DNA of 55,642 nucleotides, the filler included, from Squatina squatina (Eukaryota), in NCBI GenBank assembly GCA_031763465.1. It is 3 parts of 3 records of this genome, joined end to end, with 100 filler letters (N's around TTAATTAATTAA, not from the genome) between each part and the next. Parts side by side here need not be neighbours in the genome. Positions count along the whole stretch, not along the records: positions 40,946 to 55,642 come from JARFOE010000001.1; 2 more parts are not named here. One strand, given 5' to 3'. Shown here piece after piece: positions 50,726 to 55,642 of this stretch. The position numbers and the translations under genes are program-made. The notes under the pieces were generated by a model. That model saw only the letters and a list, made by a program, of their open reading frames with translations, was not told where the DNA came from and made no database searches. Each line of letters begins with the position of its first letter. Position 1 is the stretch's first letter.

Positions 50726-51074
50726 CAGACGCTTTCTAGATGTAATCCAAACCCTTTAACTATTCTCCTTCGATTATTTTATAAACTCAGGGTCGTGGTG
50801 AAAATAACTTGAATGAAAAGAAGATTCGGCCGAATTTCACCCTGGGTCTCTTTTATAGTTGTCTTTCAATTTAAATCAGCGGGCGTCAGATCTGAACACA
50901 GGTTTGTGCACTGGCAGCACAGGTCATCACAGTACAAGACTAAAAAATCTGACTTAAAATGTTGTGGAACCAAGGGTCTGATGAGGGTGAGGAACTTTTT
51001 GTGATTAATATAAGTGGAGAAAAAGTGCTCGAGAAATTAACGAGATGAATAACTGTCTGTTTATCTGAGAGTCG

Positions 51075-52325
51075 ACATCCTCGGGTTCTCAAAGAGCTGA
51101 CTGGAGAAATAGTGGATGCATTGGTTTTGATCTTCCACAATTCCTTATGTTCTGGAATGGTCCCAGCAGATTGAAATGTAGCAAATGTAACACCACAATT
51201 CAGGAAACGAGGTATAGAGAAAACAGGTAACTACAGGCCAGTTAGCCTGACATCAATTGTGGGAAAATACTGGAATTCTTCTTAATGAAGTGGTATTCGG
51301 GCACTTTAAAAATCACAACATGATTAGGCAAAGTGAAGATCGTTTTATGAAAGCGAAACCGTCGTTCACAAATTTATGATTTTTTGAGGGTGTAGATGGC
51401 AGGGTAGATATAGGACACCCAGTGGATTTAGTATATTTTGATTTCCAAAATGCATGGATAAGGTGCCAGATTAAAATTTTATTACACAAGAAAAGGGCTC
51501 ATGGGATTCAGGTAATGTATCAGCAAAAGCTGAGGATTCATTACCCAGCGAAAATAGAGAGTTGGGAAAACAGCTCTTCTTTTCTGATTTGCACGCTATA
51601 TGTAGTGGTGTGCTGCAAGGATCAGTGCTGGGACCGAAGCTATTTACAATCTATATTAATGACCTAAATGAAGGAGCCGAGTGCAATGTATTCAAGTTTG
51701 CAGATGGTGCAAAGCTAGGTGGGACAGTTGTGAGTTGTGAGGAGAATGCACGAAGACTACAAAGGGATAGAAATAGACTCAGTGAGTGGGCAATAACATG
51801 CCAGATGGAGTATAATGTAGGGAAATGTGAGGTTATTCTCGTTGGTAGGAACAATAGAAAAAAACAGAATTGTTTTTAAATGGTGAGAATTTTAAATGTT
51901 GTTGTTCAGAGAAATTTGTGAGTCTTCGTGCAAGAAACACAGAAAGATAGCATGCAGGTACAGCAGGAAATAAGGAAGGCAAATGGCATGTAGTCATTTA
52001 TTACAAGGGGGTTTGAGTATAAGAGTAAGAGAGCCTTGCTACGTTTGTACAGGGTCTTGGTGAGACCCTACCTGGAGCACTGCGCACAATTTTGTTCTCT
52101 TTATCTACGGAAGAATATACTTGCCTTGGTGGTGGTACACAAATGTTCACCAGATTGATTCCTGAATGAGAGGGCTGTCTTATGATGAGATCTTGGGGAG
52201 GATGGGCCTATGGAGAGTGGGCGGGACAGTGGAGTTGAGTTTGATTACCAGCCATAATTTATTGAAAGGCTGAGCAGACTCGAGGGGCCGTATGGCCCAC
52301 TCCTGATCCTTTTTCCTATGTTCCA
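51075..52325 (+). mobile_element. CR1 reverse transcriptase pseudo-ORF and 3' tail
   Basis: GNYRPVSLTSIVGK, DLVYFDFQNA, SGVLQGSVLGPKLFTIYINDL...FKFADGAKLGG (FADD changed to FADG) and LYRVLVRPYLEHC motifs, with frameshifts and stops. Confidence 0.93.
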
Positions 52326-53634
52326 ATATCTCTGAATGCAGCAAGAATGTTTTGTGTCATCTCTTACATTACTGTAGACATTGATAGGACCAAGATATAT
52401 CAAAGATGGTTGAATTCCAAAGCAAGGTAATAACTGGGGACTTCAGAAAGCACTGCTGTTGAAGATGAAAACCTGTAACACGAGCTCTCTGTAACGTTTC
52501 AGCTGGATATTGAGGCAAGTGCAATATTTCTTGGCTTACCCTGTTCTTCACAGTGCCCATAGCAACCAGTAGTTCCCAGTCTTGCCCGACGTAGCAATAG
52601 TCTGGAGAGCAACATACACCTCACTAAAGAAAACATTAGGCAAGTCAAAACTTTGCTTGCTGTGGCATGCAAATACACACCTGAAAGCATTCAGTAAATG
52701 AAGACAACGCACACTATTCTATAAGTAAGGCTACAATAATAAAATCGACTGTCAGCACAATACTAACCTCAAAATTATTCAATGGAATTTGGTCCACTGC
52801 TATTAGATTAGTTCGTTTTTGCTACTCTTCTCGTGCACTTCCATCACTGCAGATATCACTGAGAGTAAATCTGTCGTGTCTGGAGGGGGGTATGCACCAA
52901 ATGGTAACAAAAGAGCAGTCCTTAAAAAACATGCAGAATTATGGAAAATCATCTGAAAAGCCACCAAGAACTGGTGGGTAGAAATTGACCTTTGGTGGGG
53001 ACACTAAACATGTGTTGGCAGATTGGCTGTCATAATGCACCTCGCTCGACTTTCAATTCCATTGATGTGAACCAAAATGCAAATTTCAAGTGTGTTTCGA
53101 ACAGGTGCAAATGTCTGTACTGCCCAGTTTTTGCCCAAACACAGTGAAACTTAACTCCCGTTACGTTCTATGGTATTGTTGAAGTCATCACCTGCCTGCC
53201 AGGGAACATAGACAGCATTCTGATATATGATGACAAGGGGCAGACAAAATGTGTGCCACATACATGAAAGTTAATGACCGCCTCAAACAAGGGAAAGACC
53301 AGCTACCCTCTGCTGACGTTCAATAGTGCAATCGACACGGAGTCCTGCTACATACACATCCTGGGCATTAGAATTGATCGGAAGGTGAATTGGAACGCAA
53401 TATTAAGTCCGTGGTTTCAAGAGCAGGAGAGAATACCTCCAAATCTGTGGACAATACAAAGATAGCTGGAAAAGTAAGCAATGAGGATGACGCAAAGAGC
53501 TTGCAAAGGGAATTCAACAGGATAATTCGATGAGCAAATAGGTGGCAGATGCAGTATAATGTGGGAAAATTGGAGATTCCTCAATTTGGTAGGAAGAACA
53601 ACAAAAAATGGTGATAAACATTTAAGTGTTGGTA

Positions 53635-53990
53635 TAAACACTGAAAATGCTGGAAGTACGCTAGAGGCAGCATCTGTGGCGAGTGAAACAGAGTTAACAT
53701 TTCAGATCACCTACACTGTGTCAGAACTGGAAACATTTAGAAATGTAAAAGTTTTAAAAGAAAATTCAGGGTCAGGGAAATGGGGAGGGGAGGAAAGAAC
53801 AAAACTGAAGGCCTGTAATAGAGTGGAAGGCAGGAGAGAGTAAGAGACATTAAGACATGGTGCAAGGAAAACGGAGATGGTAATTGGCAAGGAGGATATA
53901 AAAGATGAGTCCAGATCGGGTGATAATGGAGATGGCAGATTCATCAGTAGCTGCCGTGGGAGGGAAACCAAAGTAGAAAATAAGTAAAGA
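53635..53990 (-). mobile_element. Penelope-like terminal-repeat-derived element with a decayed hammerhead
   Basis: Minus strand reads CCAGTT-CTGACAC-AGTGTAGGTGATCT-GAAATGTTAACTCTGTTTCACTCGCCACAG, homologous to 44631-44687 but with the core and stem II broken. Confidence 0.6.
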
Positions 53991-54079
53991 TTTGTTTTAA
54001 AGGCGCACAGTGAGTTAACAGGGTTAATGCTGAGACGACGGTTATGTCGTTTGCAAAGTCTAGAAGGAGGAGCAGCTGT

Positions 54080-54299
54080 TACTGATAGTCATCCATTTAA
54101 GACTGACCTGAGGGGAAATTTCTTCAGTAAGATGGTTGTGATTCTTTGGAATTCTAGGTCCCAAAGGGCTGTGGATGCGGAGTTGTTGAGTATATTCAAT
54201 GCTGAGATCGATATATATTTTCTCTGTGGCAATCAAGGGATCTGGGGATTGGACTGGACAATGGAGTTGATGTTGAAGATCAGCGAGGATATTATTGAA
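54080..54299 (+). mobile_element. CR1 3' end
   Basis: PFKTDLRGNFFSKMVVILWNSRSQRAVDAELLSIFNAEID matches the CR1 ORF2 C-terminus. Confidence 0.88.
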
Positions 54300-55642
54300 N
54301 NNNNNNNNNNNNNNNNNNNNNNNNNNNNNNNNNNNNNNNNNNNNNNNNNNNNNNNNNNNNNNNNNNNNNNNNNNNNNNNNNNNNNNNNNNNNNNNNNNNT
54401 TTTGAAAATTGAAATGGTCTTTATTGTATTCAAATAGTGATGTCTGTATTTTCAGAAAAATGAACGCACATTGAAATCCTGTGGCTCTTGCTTGTGTATT
54501 TTGTTCTGGTCAATGTGCTGCAGACACTATAGGTTCTGAGGTCGGTGTCTAAGTATCAACACCCAGCTGACAGCTAAAGCCACACATACTATGGTCAGAG
54601 CCCATTTATACCCATTCCTTTAAAGAGTATAATGTGATGATTACTGAACGGTAAAATGTTTTGACGCAAACACTACCAGTAAATACAGTCATTTCTCCAA
54701 GCAACATATTACCTGTATTGAACTTGAGAGCTGGGCATATTGTTTCATCACTGTGCACACCTAGCAGTGTGTATTTACTTACAGTAACAGTTACGTTTAA
54801 ATATCACTTATCAATTTTAAACAGCAACTATAAGAAGTGATGATGCAGCTGTGGACAATATTCTGCTGCAACAAGCACTTTCTATTTCAAGAGCAACTAT
54901 TCTAAGAGTACCCACTTAATGACTTTTTAACAGTTATTACTTTTTGGATAGAATTGCATCAGCACATTTTACTGCTCATGTTCTTTATGCGACATTAACA
55001 AGGAACAATGGCTATGTCCGAGTCCTCGAAATAAAAAAGGGCTATGTACAGTTTCTATAACTTGCTTCAACTCGAATAAGAAAATTGCCAAAAACTGCAA
55101 AGTAGGTGGATGTCATCAGCAGACAAATCACTCAGTCAAAAAATAGATAAATTACTCACTCTCTCTATTTGAAGGTAATTAAAACCTGAATAATTTTGTA
55201 AACTGTCTGTTTACAAATGAAATTAAGTTTAAGTGTCTGCTTTTCCATATGTCCCATCTGGTGGCCTGTAGTATTTTGGGAATGCCATCAGCTGAATCGC
55301 GTTGAATGCATACTTCCTGCATTTGATGTTCTTCTGTGCATTTTCTATTCGACATCCTTCTCTGGTAAAAAGGAAAAAAAGTACACCTCATAGTACCACC
55401 AGAAAAGGAAAAAAATGGTTTCATTTATTAAACATTTGTTGCAACATTTTCAATAAGTAAAAAATAACTAGGTAATCATCTACATTTATTTAACACAGGT
55501 GATGATACATCTTACACAAGTCAATCCATAGGGCAGGCCAAAGTAATCAATTGTTCATTGAAATGGAAATATTAATATATATCATCCATTATATGATTTA
55601 GTTCAGCAAAAAAAAAGCTGCATAAATCAAATCAATTGCAAC

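Noticed and set aside
49721-50759. Cys/Val-rich and His/Thr-rich ORFs
   Set aside because: Translations of the degenerate (TG)n tract.

Overview
Eukaryotic (vertebrate) genomic DNA, most likely from a cartilaginous fish, judged from the CR1/L2 LINE tails, DeuSINE-type SINEs, Harbinger remnants and Penelope-type hammerhead repeats. The window is not one locus. It is three unrelated scaffolds joined by artificial 100-nt linkers (44 N + TTAATTAATTAA + 44 N) at 20381-20480 and 40846-40945, with many internal placeholder gaps. Scaffold 1 (1-20380) carries, on the minus strand, the last coding exon of MLC1 followed by two exons of a tubulin glycylase (TTLL8 by synteny), plus an ~60-bp minisatellite. 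Scaffold 2 (20481-40845) starts in a CpG-rich LTR-like element and contains a minus-strand exon of the kinesin KIF28. Scaffold 3 (40946-end) contains two minus-strand exons of the PA-TM-RING E3 ligase RNF150 and a minimal hammerhead ribozyme motif of Penelope-like type. The rest is intron and transposon debris. Most ORFs in the supplied track are spurious. I found no convincing wholly new biological system. The best leads are the hammerhead motif, a structured minisatellite apparently born from an internal segment of a dispersed SINE-like repeat, an LTR-like family with palindromic repeats, and a triple AGGTCA DR3 element. Gene identifications rest on my recollection of vertebrate protein sequences, not on database searches.
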